DNA of 64,000 nucleotides from Puccinia triticina (taxonomy: Eukaryota). Shown here in pieces: positions 35,475-49,284 of the stretch. The DNA is taken from contig CP110439.1 of the NCBI GenBank assembly GCA_026914245.1, positions 1,674,001 through 1,738,000 of the forward strand. Reading direction: 5' to 3'. Position 1 is the first letter of the stretch; every line of letters starts with the position of its first letter. Both the position numbers and the translations under genes were made by a program. A model generated the notes under the pieces. The model was not told the origin of the DNA. It searched no databases and saw only the letters and a program-made list of their open reading frames with translations.

Positions 35475-38400
35475 TTGTGCCCTATTTTTTCTTGCATCAT
35501 ACCACCTCACCCATCTCCTCTGGACCCACAAACTTGACCCATATATCTATGTGATCCCTCTCTTGTCCTCATCTATTGATATCATTGGCCAAGAAAGCTT
35601 CATCCTCACCTTTCTCCTCTTCAAATCTTAACCCAATCTATACATACTAGATTTCTCCATTGTCACTTGGCTCTATCTCCCAGATCTACCTACCAAAATT
35701 ACATCAACACCCGTACTATTGCTGGCTTCAAGCATCAGATTCAGTGCTCTCAACTGGTGGCCAAGTTCTCAGCAACTTTTGCAGCAAGATGAACCCCAAT
35801 AATCTTGAAGCCTTTTGCAGTGTTGGGTGGTGTATGATTATGCATATGAGGAACAATAAAATTCTGAAATGGGCTAGATGGGTAACTGTAAATCATACCA
35901 AAACCTAGGAGTAGTTTTAGTGTTTTGTAGTGGAGCAGAATTCTGCTAAATTTTAGTGTAATTTAAGTGCAATTTTGCTACATGCACAGGCTGAATAAAA
36001 TTGGTTGCTATGTGGCTTTTGGCCCTTTTTTTCTGCTAAACTTGCTTTAACTCAGTTTAATGCAGTGTTGTTGCACTAGTTATGTGCTAACACTAGAGAT
36101 TCACAAGGTGTGGCAAGGGTTTCTAAGACCTCACTAAATGGAACTATAGGGCTGTATAGAAGCCCAGTTCTAATCAGGCCAATATACAAAGATACAATAA
36201 TTTATTCATTGTTTTGGGCCATCTTTGTGACTAGATAAGAAAAATTGAATACATGCTGGCTGTAGGGAATACACTGTGAGATAGTTATATGTGTTATGGC
36301 AGACTGTTAACCATGTATTTCTGATTTCAGGGATGTTATTTCCAAGGCAAAATGGCTAATTTAGTTGTCAAATATGAGAGAGTTCAGAAGACTAAAATTT
36401 ATTTCTAGTTAGATTCTGACAGCAGTACATGATAACTTCAAGAAATATAAAGAAAAAGTATGGACTGTGAGGATTTACCTAAGAGCAGGCAATAGGCCAC
36501 TCTCTGTTGGAATTTCACTTGTTCTTGCTCTCCCTCTTCTTGATCTTCTCTCTCCTCCCTGTCACAAACATGTCACCTTTTCTTGTTTGTCTGTCATGCA
36601 TGTGCTCTTTTTTCTTCTCATTCATTATGATTAGATCCGCGCCCACAAGTTAACCATATTGTATGTAGTCTACTTAAAACCACTAGACTCCAAGAAATCA
36701 AGTCATCAGTCCTGACCATCTTGGTCCCTTGTGCGCACTTGAGCCCGCACTCTGTCTTATCTACGAAGGCACTTAAGCCCCTTCGAGTGAGTTACTCTGT
36801 TCTTTTTCTCAGACATTGTCTGCTATCGGCTAAAAGCCGATCTTCTTCCCTCCGCCCATTTCGCTCGCCTCCGGTTGGAAATCCTTCACTCTCTACTGAG
36901 ATAAATAAGTGAAGATAAAAATGTAACCACGGTCACAGAAGCTGGCACAAGGCAATCTGTATACAAGCGCGGAACATTAGTTCTGTTTTTTATCTCTTTT
37001 GATACCTTTTTGGTCCTTGCGCTCTTTGTGCCCTTTTTGGCTTTTAGGTTATGTGTGCTTCAATGTTGGCAAAAAAGCGGAGGAGCTGTGCAATGTTATC
37101 TGTTGTAAGGTTGAACTCCTCATAAGCCTCTTGTTTGTCTAGCCTTTTTTGGATGCAATCACTCACCGTCTTTTTTCCCTTCTCTTTGAGAATGATTGGT
37201 TTGGATGATCTGTTCCTGTTCAACTTTTTCTAAGGAAGTAAGGATTAGGTATTAACACTCATCTAGTCAGTTAGAGGTTCAAACATCAACTGCTCACCTT
37301 TGGTGACAGCTGATATATAGAACTATTGACCAAATACTGAGTGATGGGCTTAGAGATAGCCACGGGTACCTGTGGGTGGTTACCAGCCCTGAAGCTGCTG
37401 TTGTTGCTTTTTTTAGAGAAAAATGAGAGGATACCTGCCTAAATTCCAGACATACCCCCCAATCCCATCCAAAGTGCACCCATTGGGGGGCTGTCCTGTC
37501 TGTTTGCATGAAAATGGACAGGGAGGCAGATACCAGAAACTTTAACCTGCTCTGTTCTTGTTGAGAGACCTTTGGGGTCATCCTGGTTATAAAAGAAACC
37601 CATTCATTGAGATGACAATGGATATCAGTTGTGAATTGGATTGTGAGGACTTCGCTAGGTTTGAGCAAGAGATGCTCTGCAATTGATTTATTGGTGCCCT
37701 TGCTGAGGTTTGAGATAAACTATTTACAGGCTATCCTCTCAATGTATTTTCAAATGATTACACCTCTTTTCTTCCAATACGCAGATTAACATGATGAAAT
37801 AAGAACACATCCATCTTGATGACTCAAATTGAATTGGGAAAACATCAGTCAATTGGTAAAGACTGACGACCACACGTACAAGACTTTGATGGCAGAACCT
37901 GTCATGTCTGAGAACATGATACAAGGCCTTGAGAATTAAATCAGGGACCTCAAGGTAGAAAGGCACAGTGCTCAAGAACAGATTTCAGTGTTATCAAAGG
38001 CAAGGATTTCTTTTTTTCTATATGTGCAAGCAGCTGAAGATAGAGGCTGTGCCACCAATGCTACTCCTCAAGCGGCAATTTAATTAGCTAACCAAAATAA
38101 GAAGGCACCACCACCACCACCTGCTCCAATGATAAAAAAAAGGCCAACACCCATGGGTACCCGCCTTCTGCACCCGGCTACTTGCTCCACAGGTGCGGGT
38201 GTGGGTGTGTGATTTTATTGCAATTCTGTCTGGGTGCAAATGGCAATTGATAGATGAGCTGATAGGGGAAAATAGCATGATCACAAAGGGCAGTTTATAC
38301 ATTAAATCTGATGGGTGCTTGAATTGTGGTTTTGATGAAGATGTGAATTTACTAAGAGAAATGAAAAAATGCATAAGTTTCATGAAAGTTATGCAGATAA

Positions 38401-40360
38401 TAACCCCAAGTTGTGTGTATTAGTATGAAAATGGGAGTAAAGAAAAGCACTGTTGAGTTGCTGACCAATGTGGATTGATTTTTGATGTGTGTCTGATTTT
38501 GAAAGTGCTTGAATCAGCCAAATGTTTCACATTGAGGTGCTTGGATACTGGGTTTATTCCTAATACCCTGGTTCTTTTGAAGGTTGACTTTGTGCCAAAG
38601 GTTTGCTGAGTGTAAGGTGTGATTTTTGATGTTTCCTACTTGCTTAAAGACATAATAAGAGTGAAAGAGAGAAAGTTTTGAACAGCCACTGATTCCAGAT
38701 TTTTCCTTTGATTTATGATAAGTCTTTTTTAACAGATTTGTCTTTCTTGGGCAGAATTCTATTATGGTACATAATTTCTACAGCCTATAATAGAACAATT
38801 ACTGAGGAAGCCATGTTCACACTTCTTGTCCCATTCATTACTGGATACAACATCACAATGATGGAGACTAGCTGCAAGGCCAATGAGAGTGGTAACACTT
38901 ATTATGTGTATAACCAACATTGTAAGACAATATTTGAGATCTTATTTGAAGAATTTAAAAAAAAATAGAATAACTCGGGATTGTGAGGTCCGTGTCCCTG
39001 TCAACTTCCAACTGAGCAAGAACCACCTTAACCTCAGCATTCATGAATGCAGCACAGATAGGACAGACCCTAATTCCAAAGGAGGTGCATTATAAGTTTG
39101 AAACTGAGAGATGAGTAAAGGTCTGTTGAGTTTCTGAATGTGAATTGATGTTTGATGCATTTCTGACTCCTGAGTTAGGTGGTTCTTGAATGTTTCATAT
39201 TGAATGTCAGCTTTGTGTATCAAACTTTATCAAATCAATACTTCAGCACCACCCCAAAAATTGCCAGAATGAAGTAATTTTTCTTTTGCTGAGCATGCTC
39301 AGTATAACTGAGTTTTTACTTCTGGAAATGTTTTGCAAAATTGGTTATAAATTTACCCACCCAAAGGTCCCATTTCCCTTGGGGGTTTATTTCAAATGAT
39401 TGAAATGAAAGTTATATCAAGGTTTTTCCCTTTAGATCTTCCAAAGTAAGGCCCCATTTTGAGTCCCTGTTGTGAGTTGTATAGGAAGAAAAAAAAACAA
39501 TTTTTTTAGCTTAAACACATGTTTCACAGTTTCATAGTCTGGTTTCATATACATAGCAATTTTACATATTCACATGCATAATTACATTCATTACTTAAAG
39601 AACCAGTGGGAAAAAGCTTGGACTCTCACTTTCTTCTCTGAGTCCCTCAATTTCTGGCCTTGAAATATTTCTTGGGAACTCCGCCAGCAGTTTCCCACTG
39701 TTTTCAAGTCTGCCTCCTGATTGAGTGGAGAAATCTACATTGTAAGCCTGTGTCTCTAAATTGAAAACAGGACACAATAAAAAATGGGTGGCACTTCTAG
39801 TTCAGATTTCTGGGATAAGAAATACAAGTAGGAGCAGGTAGAAAAATAGGAATATATGCTCTGGAGGTGGTCTCAATATCAACTCAAATATGTGAGGATC
39901 CTCTGGGGCTACTTCAAAAACCTAGAAACATTTGATGCCTAGTTGTGCAGGCCCAAGAGTTCAACAACCTCCACTTACACCAAGAAAATTGTGGTGGGAA
40001 TACAGAACTAGTAGAACCAATCTCCCCTGATTTTTAGACTAAGTCTAGGTTGAAGAGGGGAACCTTTGATCTTTGATGCACTGCCAGGGGGGTTTTATTG
40101 GTGACAAACCCCTGCAATAAGGTTGACTGGGGGCAACCAATGTAAGATTGGTCTCCCAGATCAATATTATATTGGCGGGGACTACTGATACATTTTCCCT
40201 TTGTTGGAATGTATTGGTGTGTCCCGCCAATATAAGATTGGTATCCCAGACCAATATTATATTGGCTTCCCCCGTCAGCTTTACCACAGGGTGTTGAAAC
40301 CAATGCAGCCCCTTTTGTAGTGATGGGTTTGGGAGAGCAATTGGGAGAGAAACAATGAAG

Positions 40361-41394
40361 AGATACAGAGTTTCACTCTGAGATAATCAAGGTTCAGTAA
40401 GAGAGTTTACTTACTGTCAATATCCTAAGCGCCTGTGAGGGTGGGTATATTGGGAGCATGGTATCCTCTAAAGGGTGTGTATGTGAGTACATCAGAGTGA
40501 CAATATCACATCTCCATGAAAAGGAAACCTTGGTCATGGAGCCAGAAAGGTCTATGTGCTGGACAAGTTCTGGTTGGGGCTAAGAGTAGTTTTGTCTGCT
40601 GCATTCTTTGGCTTCAATTCAATGATAATTCCTGAATTATCTTCTGTTTGGAGCCAAACAAATTATCATTGGCATAGAGCTCATTGGTTTGGAGCAGAAG
40701 GACCTAACCAACCCCAACCACCCCTCCAACAATCAGCTTTCACTGGTGGGAATTGAACCTGCAGCCAGTAGACTAAAACAGATTCCCTGTGTGGTCTGAA
40801 TTTGACCTTAGGGAATGACTGCTAATTGCCCCAGCTCAACCTCAGCCCATCCAGCTCTGGCTGTCCTTTAGCTTCAAACCAATGATAATTCCTGAATTAT
40901 CATTGGTGTCAGCCTTAGAGTCAACTCAGCTGACCTAAACTCTGCCTTTTTCTACTTTTTACATATGAATTACTTCATATCTTTTTCATCTTATAAGATA
41001 ACCTTGTTTTGACTTCATATTCTGTTTCCTCATGCAACTTTAACCCTAGTTACAACTTGCCAATTCTTTGTAACTACACTCCTTCCCTGAGTTATTGAGT
41101 TGTGGCGCGCATGCGCAGTTGTGACGTGTCAGCGCTACCAGGCGCGCCAAACCACATGTACATATGTAAATTAAATAAGCAAACTGTGAAAATTTTCGTA
41201 GTCTGGATCCCCCTTGCCTGAGGCGGATACACAGACTTCAGCACACCAGAACCACACCCCAGATAACCCCAGGATCACCACCAAAGAGATTACCACACTC
41301 CCAGTATACCTACCGTCACAGGCGCCTAGGATATTGACAGTAAGTAAACTCTTTCACTGAACCTTGTTTATCTCAGAGTTACAACTCTGTGTCT
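40361..41394. repeat. ~95-bp inverted repeat pair (40361-40456 / 41298-41394), probably LTR relics
   Basis: GAGTTTACTTACTGTCAATATCCTA and flanks are present on opposite strands. Confidence 0.7.
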
Positions 41395-42934
41395 GCTTGA
41401 TCTGCTCTTCTTTGCTGGCCTTTGCCTTATCCTTGATCACAGGGCTGTCCCTGCTTAACCTGATTCTTTCTCTGTGGTTTTTGTAAGAAACAAACCACAT
41501 AGGTTTCCCTTTAAAGAACCTTGACTATCCTGAAGGAAGCTAAAAAATTGTGGCTGGATTAAACTTGTCTAATCCAGAGACCCTCCACGTTTCTTTGGTG
41601 AGAGGAGGCTGTAGCACTCTCTAGCACAGCTTGGCAGCACTCTTCTGAAGAGGTAGCTTTGCCAGTGGACGTTGTGGTGATCCAGATCTGTTGCGCGCAA
41701 CAAAACTGCCAAAACCTCAACTCACAGCCTACAATACTAGCATATGATAGAATATTATTAGAGAAATAGATTCTAAATACAAACTTAACCCTAGTCACTC
41801 ACTTCAACTACCCAGCTAGCTCTTTTAGTTTAAAAGTTAGTTACAATTATAGGTTTAGTACAGGCCATACCCAGGTGGAAATTCATATAAATCATAAAAG
41901 GCATGCATATATAGAAGAGTATAGTTAGATTTACTAGTTAGGCAGGCCTCCACCATTAGCTACAGATCACCTCACGCAACCTGCGCGTTGGAAACTGCAT
42001 CGACTAGGCCTCCACTCAACAACTCAACAGATTTGCACGGACGTTACATCAATGCATGCGGTCAGAAAGCCTCCACTTTGGCAGTGCAACCAACCTAGGT
42101 GGACTTTGCCTTAAAAAGTACAAATCACACATGGTCATGCGGAACATCAGTTTAAGTTATGCACCCCTTGCAGAAGGCAGTGCAATCCGCAGGGTCACCA
42201 CCAGCAGAAATGCCTCAAGTGCAGCCCTCACCAGCAAAAATAACTCAGAAAAGAATATATAAGGAGGCCCTCCTCCCACCATTTTAACATCATCACCCAG
42301 GCACCCCAGCTCAGTGGTCACCAGTCATCATTTTGCCATCATCACGGAAGACACAGTCATCATACATTAACATAGAAATCTCATACCACACTCCATCATC
42401 ATTTCCCTCTGCTGAAACCATTAAAAACCCAACAAAACATAGTCTCACTTGATTATATTCTTTGCCCATCTCGCCATATAGAAGTTGTATACGCATCTTG
42501 TACTTGTTAAAACTGATCTAGGTCTGATAGAGACTACTACATACAAGTTTTCTCCGTCATAAAAGTCACGCCACAACAATAAATAAATTTGTTGTCAGAA
42601 TTCTGTAGTATAATAGAGGGGCAGGTCTTTCAAACCACCCGTAACAGTAGTATTACTTAGCTGGAATATCATATTGTTATTTCCCCCTCAAAGGACTGCC
42701 AACCCAATCCCAAAGGAGTTCTCACAACGTGCATTTCCACCAGAATAAATCTTGAATATCTGCTTATCTTGATCCTGCTCAGTTTCTCTCTCTCTTTCTC
42801 TCTCTCTCTTATATTTGTATTTTCTTTATCCCAAGAAATCCAAATATTCCCCCCTTTTTTCTTGTGTCCTGCTGTCACTAAAGAGACTCAGGCTCACAAT
42901 TGGCTTGGAGCCAAGAAAATTAGTTGAAACAGGT

Positions 42935-43040
42935 GGAACAGAGTTTCTTTGACACACTCCTAGGGACAGGGTGTGCTCTGCCACACTCCTACAACAGAGT
43001 GTGCTTTGCTACACTCCCAGGAACAGAGTGTGCTTTGGGA
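42935..43040. repeat. ~28-bp minisatellite, ~4 copies
   Basis: GAACAGAGTGTGCTTTGCTACACTCCTAG-like units. Confidence 0.75.
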
Positions 43041-43750
43041 TACACAGTATCCTGGATTTCTTACTGGATATCCCACACAGGATATCTAATAGCAGCTTGA
43101 AGTTAACCCTTTTTTGAGTGTAACAAAACATTAACAACATTGCAAGAGAGAATTTGCAGTAAAAATTAGACCAATCAAGGTTGTTTGGGGGTCTTGCTGT
43201 AAATTGTTAAACAAATGTGATTTTTCAAGCTACACAAAAGAATGACAGGTTAAAAGAACAGAAATGGAAGTGAATAGTAAAGGCAATGCACACAAGAGAA
43301 AGAAAAGTTGAGATCAAGCAAAAAAGTAAATAAAAGGAAAAGGAAGAGAAATGGACATGGGAAGAAAAAAAATGGGGATCCAGGTACTTGTTAAGTTTCT
43401 TGTTTGTCTTGTCCAGCAGGTTCATATTTTTCTTCCACAAACCAACTGTAGATGAATCTTCTCCATCCACAGATTATTCCGCTTCCTCTGCCAATAATCC
43501 TTCTTCATCTGTTGATTAAATGTTGGAAGACTGTTTTGTTATTATTTATGCACAATTAATGATTGCAAAAAGAAGAAACTCTTTTCGACAACAGGACCAT
43601 CCATTGCGCTTCCGGAGAGTGCACCGGGGTCAGGAAAGGGGAGTGGCAGCATGTTTTTACTACACCGTAGTAACAACATGCTGCCTCTCTGCCCTTGTAG
43701 GTTCCCAAGTCCGACACAGCAGTACAGGCTTGAGGGATTAACCCTCCTTA

Positions 43751-44129
43751 AAGCATCTCCACTGCGGGTGCTAAACTGCGTTGCCAAATCTTTGAGTTTG
43801 GCGACTGGGGCACAGTTTTAGCAACCTGTAGCAAGGCAGCTTTGCACCGCAAGTTGCCATGATTGGCAGCTTGCGGTTGTGAAATGTGTGGTTTGTATTG
43901 CTGTTGGGGGAGAAGGTGAGAGTATCACATGAGAGATATGTGATACTTGCAAGGGTGGCGCGAGGTTGGGGTGCTATCCTGTTTCCAAATTTGCGAACAG
44001 GATAGCTGCCGAGAGGCGAGTTGGCAGATTTGATTGTTTGGCACCCGCAGTGGTGTTGCTAAAGCAGGTTTGGGGTGCTACATGTATCTGGTTTAGCAAC
44101 CTGGTTTAGCACCCGCGGTGGAGATGCTC
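43751..44129. mobile_element. PIF/Harbinger (Tourist-like) MITE
   Basis: TIRs AGCATCTCCACTGCGGGTGCTAAAC / GTTTAGCACCCGCGGTGGAGATGCT; TTA TSD on both sides. Confidence 0.9.
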
Positions 44130-45204
44130 TTAGGGGAGGGGAGACAGTGTGATACGTGAAATCAAAAACACTTTTTTTTTTAAAAAAAGAGCCCTTGTCT
44201 CACGTAAGTCTTGCTGTGTGTGGCTGTAACTATGTAGGCTTGCTCTCACGGAAAGGGGAAGACCCTTTCCCTACTAACTTAACTAAGTCCCTCTCTTTGT
44301 GGAGGGGGGACGCCGTCCCGCAGGGACCCTCCAAAGGAGGGACTTATACACTAAGTGGACCCCGCAGCCTGAGAGAATCAGGAACTTGGCCTTTTTCAAT
44401 CCTGTGTAGCTTCATCACATCACATTATGTGATTGAGTTGTAGGGGAACAAAAGATGCAGAACATCAAGGAGAATCTTTCCACCTATTGTCCTATTTTTA
44501 GAGATATGTAATGACATTCAAATGTCTTTTTTTGCAACTTCATCTAGTTGGCTACATCCTGTATCACACATGTTGCACTGTACAGCATCTGGAATCCATG
44601 ATGTTACAACTCTGATTACAGCTCAACAAGAGGTGTTGAGGATGGGAAAAAATAGTAGAAAGATAGGGACAGCTTGGGCCATCCCAGAAATGTAAAAAAT
44701 TTCAAAAATGGTGCAAAGGCTCATGAGGGAGAGTGATTCTAAAAAAGTCCCCACCAAAAGTCATAATTCTCTCAGGCCGCAGGGTCCACATAGGGTGTAT
44801 GTAAGTCCCTCCTTCGGAGGTCGCTTCGCTCCCCCGAGGAGGGAATTAGCTAAGTTAGGTAAAAAGAGGGAAGCTATGTTGGTGCAAGCTTGCACCAACA
44901 TGCTCTTAAGAGCAGCGGGTCTTGCCGTGTCCCTCGCAATACGATTCGTGGAGCCAAACAGATTGTTCTCCTGGGCTTTGCTGGTCGATGAGCTGTGTGT
45001 AAGTAGAATTTCTTTGTTTTGATGAGACTGAGATTGTTGTGTTACCGGGGGGAGTGAGGTTGTATGTACATACTGCTTTGGTAACCGTTGCAAGTCCAGC
45101 CGACACTTGACACACTTCTCGCCACGTCACACCCAACACCAACCACTTCGACACTCAACCTCCAACTACCACTCCAATTCCAACTCACTAAAAACAACAG
45201 CAAC

Positions 45205-45927
45205 ATGTTCGAACAGGAGCTGGCTACCATCAGACGGCTGGGAATCCGACACGTAAGCAGCAGTAACGCTAAGTTTGCAGCTTGAATGATGAACTAATCG
45301 AGAGCTCCGGGGTCCTATTTAGATCTTGCTGCAAGGCTTGAATTTTGCAACAGTCATCTGCACGGCGTTGATGCTGTGGAAAGGATTAGCAGTGGCACTG
45401 AACACGGAATCGCCGGTGGTGGTCGTCCTATCCGGCTCGATGGAACCGGGCTTCTACCGGGGCGACCTACTATTCCTCTCGCTACCCAGAGATCGACAGC
45501 TGAAGGTGGGCGAGATCCCGGTGTTCAACGTGCCCGAAGGAAAGATCCCGATCGTCCACCGATTGATCGAGAATCACGACGAACCAAAAGCCTCAGCGAC
45601 TAAGAAGGACAGCGACTTCGCCCATCTCCCTACTCGTTGGATGTTGACCAAGGGCGACAATAACCACGAAAACGATGTGGCCCTATATAACGGTCTCAAG
45701 TACCTCCAACGATCTAACTTGATCGGCAAGGTTAACGGATACGTCCCCCATGTCGGATATGTCACTATCGTCATGGTATGTCCTCTTATTCTCATCTCTC
45801 AACCAGCGCCCTCATCCCAAAATGCTCACCAAACTTTCCTTCTTCCTTCTCCTAGAACGATTATCCCAAACTCAAGTATGCTTTACTCGGCGTCCTAGGA
45901 CTGACCATCCTCTTACATCGGGAATAG
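45205..45927 (+). CDS. SEC11: Signal peptidase complex catalytic subunit SEC11
   Basis: Exons 45205-45252, 45323-45776, 45857-45927; ESPVVVVLSGSMEPGFYRGDLL, IPIVHR, LTKGDNN, NDYPKLKY. Confidence 0.97.
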
Positions 45928-47518
45928 ATTGTCAGACAAACTGTAGACTTTTGACGCACTTGAGAAAGTAAAAGTAAGGAAATCCAGTCCACGTCAGGAA
46001 AACCAGCCGACCCCATCAATCCTTCGACTATCCCCTACCCACCCTCCCCAAAAACAACTCATCCCATCTTCATCATATCCATCGACTCGCTCTCAATCAT
46101 CAAAAGTACTTGCACAAACATCCAACAAAAACAAACCCAAAAACAACAATCAATCAGTTTTTTTCTCTCATCAGCATTCCTTTATTGTTTTGAAATCGAG
46201 ATATAGTTCCATCATCTTGGTATATTCATGCTCACCTTTGCCACTGTATGCTCCCTTGTATAGCGACCAGGTTCTCATATGGCCTGTTTGTGGATATATA
46301 GACTCGATCGCGTCATCCCCTTTTTGCGTTTTTTTTCTTTTCATCAATTTAAGCAGTGTCAGATTCATAGCATATCTTCAACAAAGTCTTCACTTGAATA
46401 AAACAGAAATCTTCATATATAATAAACAAGAGTGTTTCCCATGGAACAAAGCTCTGACTTGAGGCTGATAAGTGAGGCTGATATTGGTACCTGGAAGTAT
46501 ACTAGGGCAACAGAAATCTGGGTATGATTGGTGTGATGATTTCTTTGTAGGGGATGGGACTTGATGAGGTTGACTTGTCCAATGAGTTGAACACAGTCTT
46601 CCTAGAAAGAAACATACCAAACCAGATGTTGATATAGCCCACAAATCACACTTTTTGATAATGTGCTTTAACCATGGCACTTTGCAAAGTCCTGACCAAT
46701 CCACAAAGTTTTGCTCACACAGACCTGTGATCAAATAAATATGGGCCCTTTTTATTCAAGCTTAACACAGCCTCTCTGAGGAGAGCCCCACAGCCTCAGG
46801 GTCTCTGTCTATCAGAGAAGCTTACCCTCAGGTTCAACCTTGGGCCTGGCTAACACCCAATTCTCACTTAACTAATGATTACACATCACTCATCCACAAT
46901 GTTGGGTCAGGATGGCAGGGCCTTCAAGTTGTTGTCTGGTTTGTTGCAAAACCATCCATCAAGCCGGCCACTGTAGTGATGCTGGGTTTCTTTTCAAAAA
47001 TTCTGTGGAGCTTGCTCTAGCAAATAGAGGGAATTTTCTTTTGCCTCCTGGGTCCTTTTGAATCCTGTCTGTGTTTAAAATAACCAGTAATTTTACAAAG
47101 CCATCACCAGACACAAGATGAAGGCAATATATACACATTGACTTTTCTTGGGTCCAGTACATGTAGTCAAGAGCAAAAGGCGCAGGCCTAATGTATTTAC
47201 CACTGGTGTACAACTGTAGGATAAATCATGAAAGTATGAATCCATGATATTACATTCCTTGTAGGTTCAAGACTATTGAGCAACAGAAAAAGTATCTATT
47301 AAGGTTTGCAGGCCAGATATAGGCCTTTAATATGGCACCAGGGAAACCCATTTGACAACATGTTATCATGTGGTGATGATGTGGTGTGGTGCCAAAGTTT
47401 GACACCAGCCAAATGGGTTCAGGTGGTCCTCAGCTTCTGCACCAAAATTGTTTGCTTACTCCCAAATACCTCCTGCAATACGGGATTGCTTTTCATTTGT
47501 TCATAATTGAGTCTCATA

Positions 47519-47734
47519 CACCAGGGAAAATGTGATGACAGCTGGTGGCAGGTGACATTGAGTAAAACATGTTCAGACACCTGAGCTACTATGGCAAGAC
47601 TCCACTATCAAAACAATGGCCCCTTTGTGGTCATTGGGGAGTCCCACTCAATGGGTTTTAGAGTATGATTGGAGACTGAACAAGAGTCTTCTTCACATCA
47701 CCTGCCCTCAGGTGACCTCAATTTTTCCCTGGTG
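47519..47734. mobile_element. CACCA-ended (CACTA-superfamily-like) MITE, 216 bp
   Basis: TIRs CACCAGGGAAAA/TTTTCCCTGGTG; 3-bp TSD ATA. Confidence 0.85.
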
Positions 47735-49284
47735 ATACATCTTGTGTGTTCATAATTGAGTCTCATACATCTTGTGGCTTTTGTGAAATGCAAGAAGATT
47801 TACCACAAATAATGGTGCTCCAAGTTGATTAATGTATATTATGCATAAATCATAACTCCATAAAGCACGTTCAGTGAGATTATTATGCATAATAATACTT
47901 TCAAGAGCCCCTGAAAAGAAAGTTTTATAATTTTATGATTTATGCAATTGCATGCATAAATCAACTTTGAACTCCATAAATGCTGAAATTTCACCCCCAA
48001 CTCAACAAATTACCCCCCCCCCCCCCCCCTTCCCTTTACAGAGTGATAAAACACTTGCTTCATTAACCCAACTCAATTGGAGAGAGGGGCTCATGTCCAA
48101 TTTTTACCCCACAGGTTGGCAGTGATTTTTTCAAACCAAACCTCACTAACTCATTCCTGCATTAATTTAATTCTTATCTGGCTTTCCATGATGCTTGATT
48201 GATTTATTTACTATATAACATATTTCTCCAACCTGAATCTGTGTGATCTACCAAAGTGTTTTGGATTTGGTTCATTGCAAGGTGTGTGATACAGGATGAA
48301 GAAGAAACAATGCAATTAAATGGTCACTGTGACTCAAGGCCCCAAATGTCAAGAAAATGATGCAAGCCTCAAGGGCTCTCCAAAATATTGCATATCTTTT
48401 ATCCCCCCTGCCCCTAAAACAAAAAAATATGATGTGGTGACTGGTGAAACTGAAGAGGATTGAAAAAAAATCATAATTCTCTAGGGCCATTGGGTTATGT
48501 CTCCAGAGTCATTAAGACCTAAGGATGGCACCCCCCCTGAATTACAGAGGGACTCAGTTGAGTTAGGTTTTCACCTGACTTCACCATATTTATGACGGCA
48601 CATTCTCACACAAACATGGCATAGAGATCCCATTGAGGAGAGCTGCACCACTCCAAGAAAACTCAAGAAACTGATGGCAGCTGGCATGCAAGAACTCAAT
48701 ACATGCTCTGTCCGCAGCAAACAACTCAATGCATACTTGACCCACACCTTGTTCTTGAAATTTGATGTTCACTTGCTGCCCCCCCTTTTTCATTCCAGGG
48801 TGATACCACCATAAGATGCATACACAAGCATTTAGCATTGTTTCAACTGAGATACAATTTCAGATTACTGCCTGTCAGCTGGTGCAAGTTTCTTCAGTTT
48901 TTCTTGTAGCACTGCTTGCATGTATACCTGGAGGACAGCTTTGGCCAAACTGATAGTCATGTAATTTCAAGACCGTCAAGCTGAGATGTCGGGTCATTAA
49001 ATTTTTCACTGAATCCAGCCTCATAAGCTCCCTCTATTCCAATCACAGCCTAGATAGATAGCAGAAGTTCATGACAAAGGTAGAGATACATATTATAGAT
49101 ATTATAAGTATGCATATAATATATGTATATGTTGGTGCTTGTGTTTATTGAATCTTTTATAAAGTTCAAGAAATAAATAAATGACTGCAAGGGCGTGGAT
49201 GTGTGCGTGTGGTTTCTGTATATATCTGATGTGTATATTTAGACGCAGAGACAGCACGTGGCCATAAGAGGCGGATAAAGTCAA

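Noticed and set aside
36466..36937. Possible solo LTR (TGTGA...TCACA)
   Set aside because: No matching TSD found
36960..39800. Degenerate minus-strand coding-like sequence
   Set aside because: Many stops and no motif I can assign; probably an old TE or gene relic
46770..46810. Possible hammerhead ribozyme core (CTGAGGA plus stem)
   Set aside because: The required GAAA core and third stem are missing
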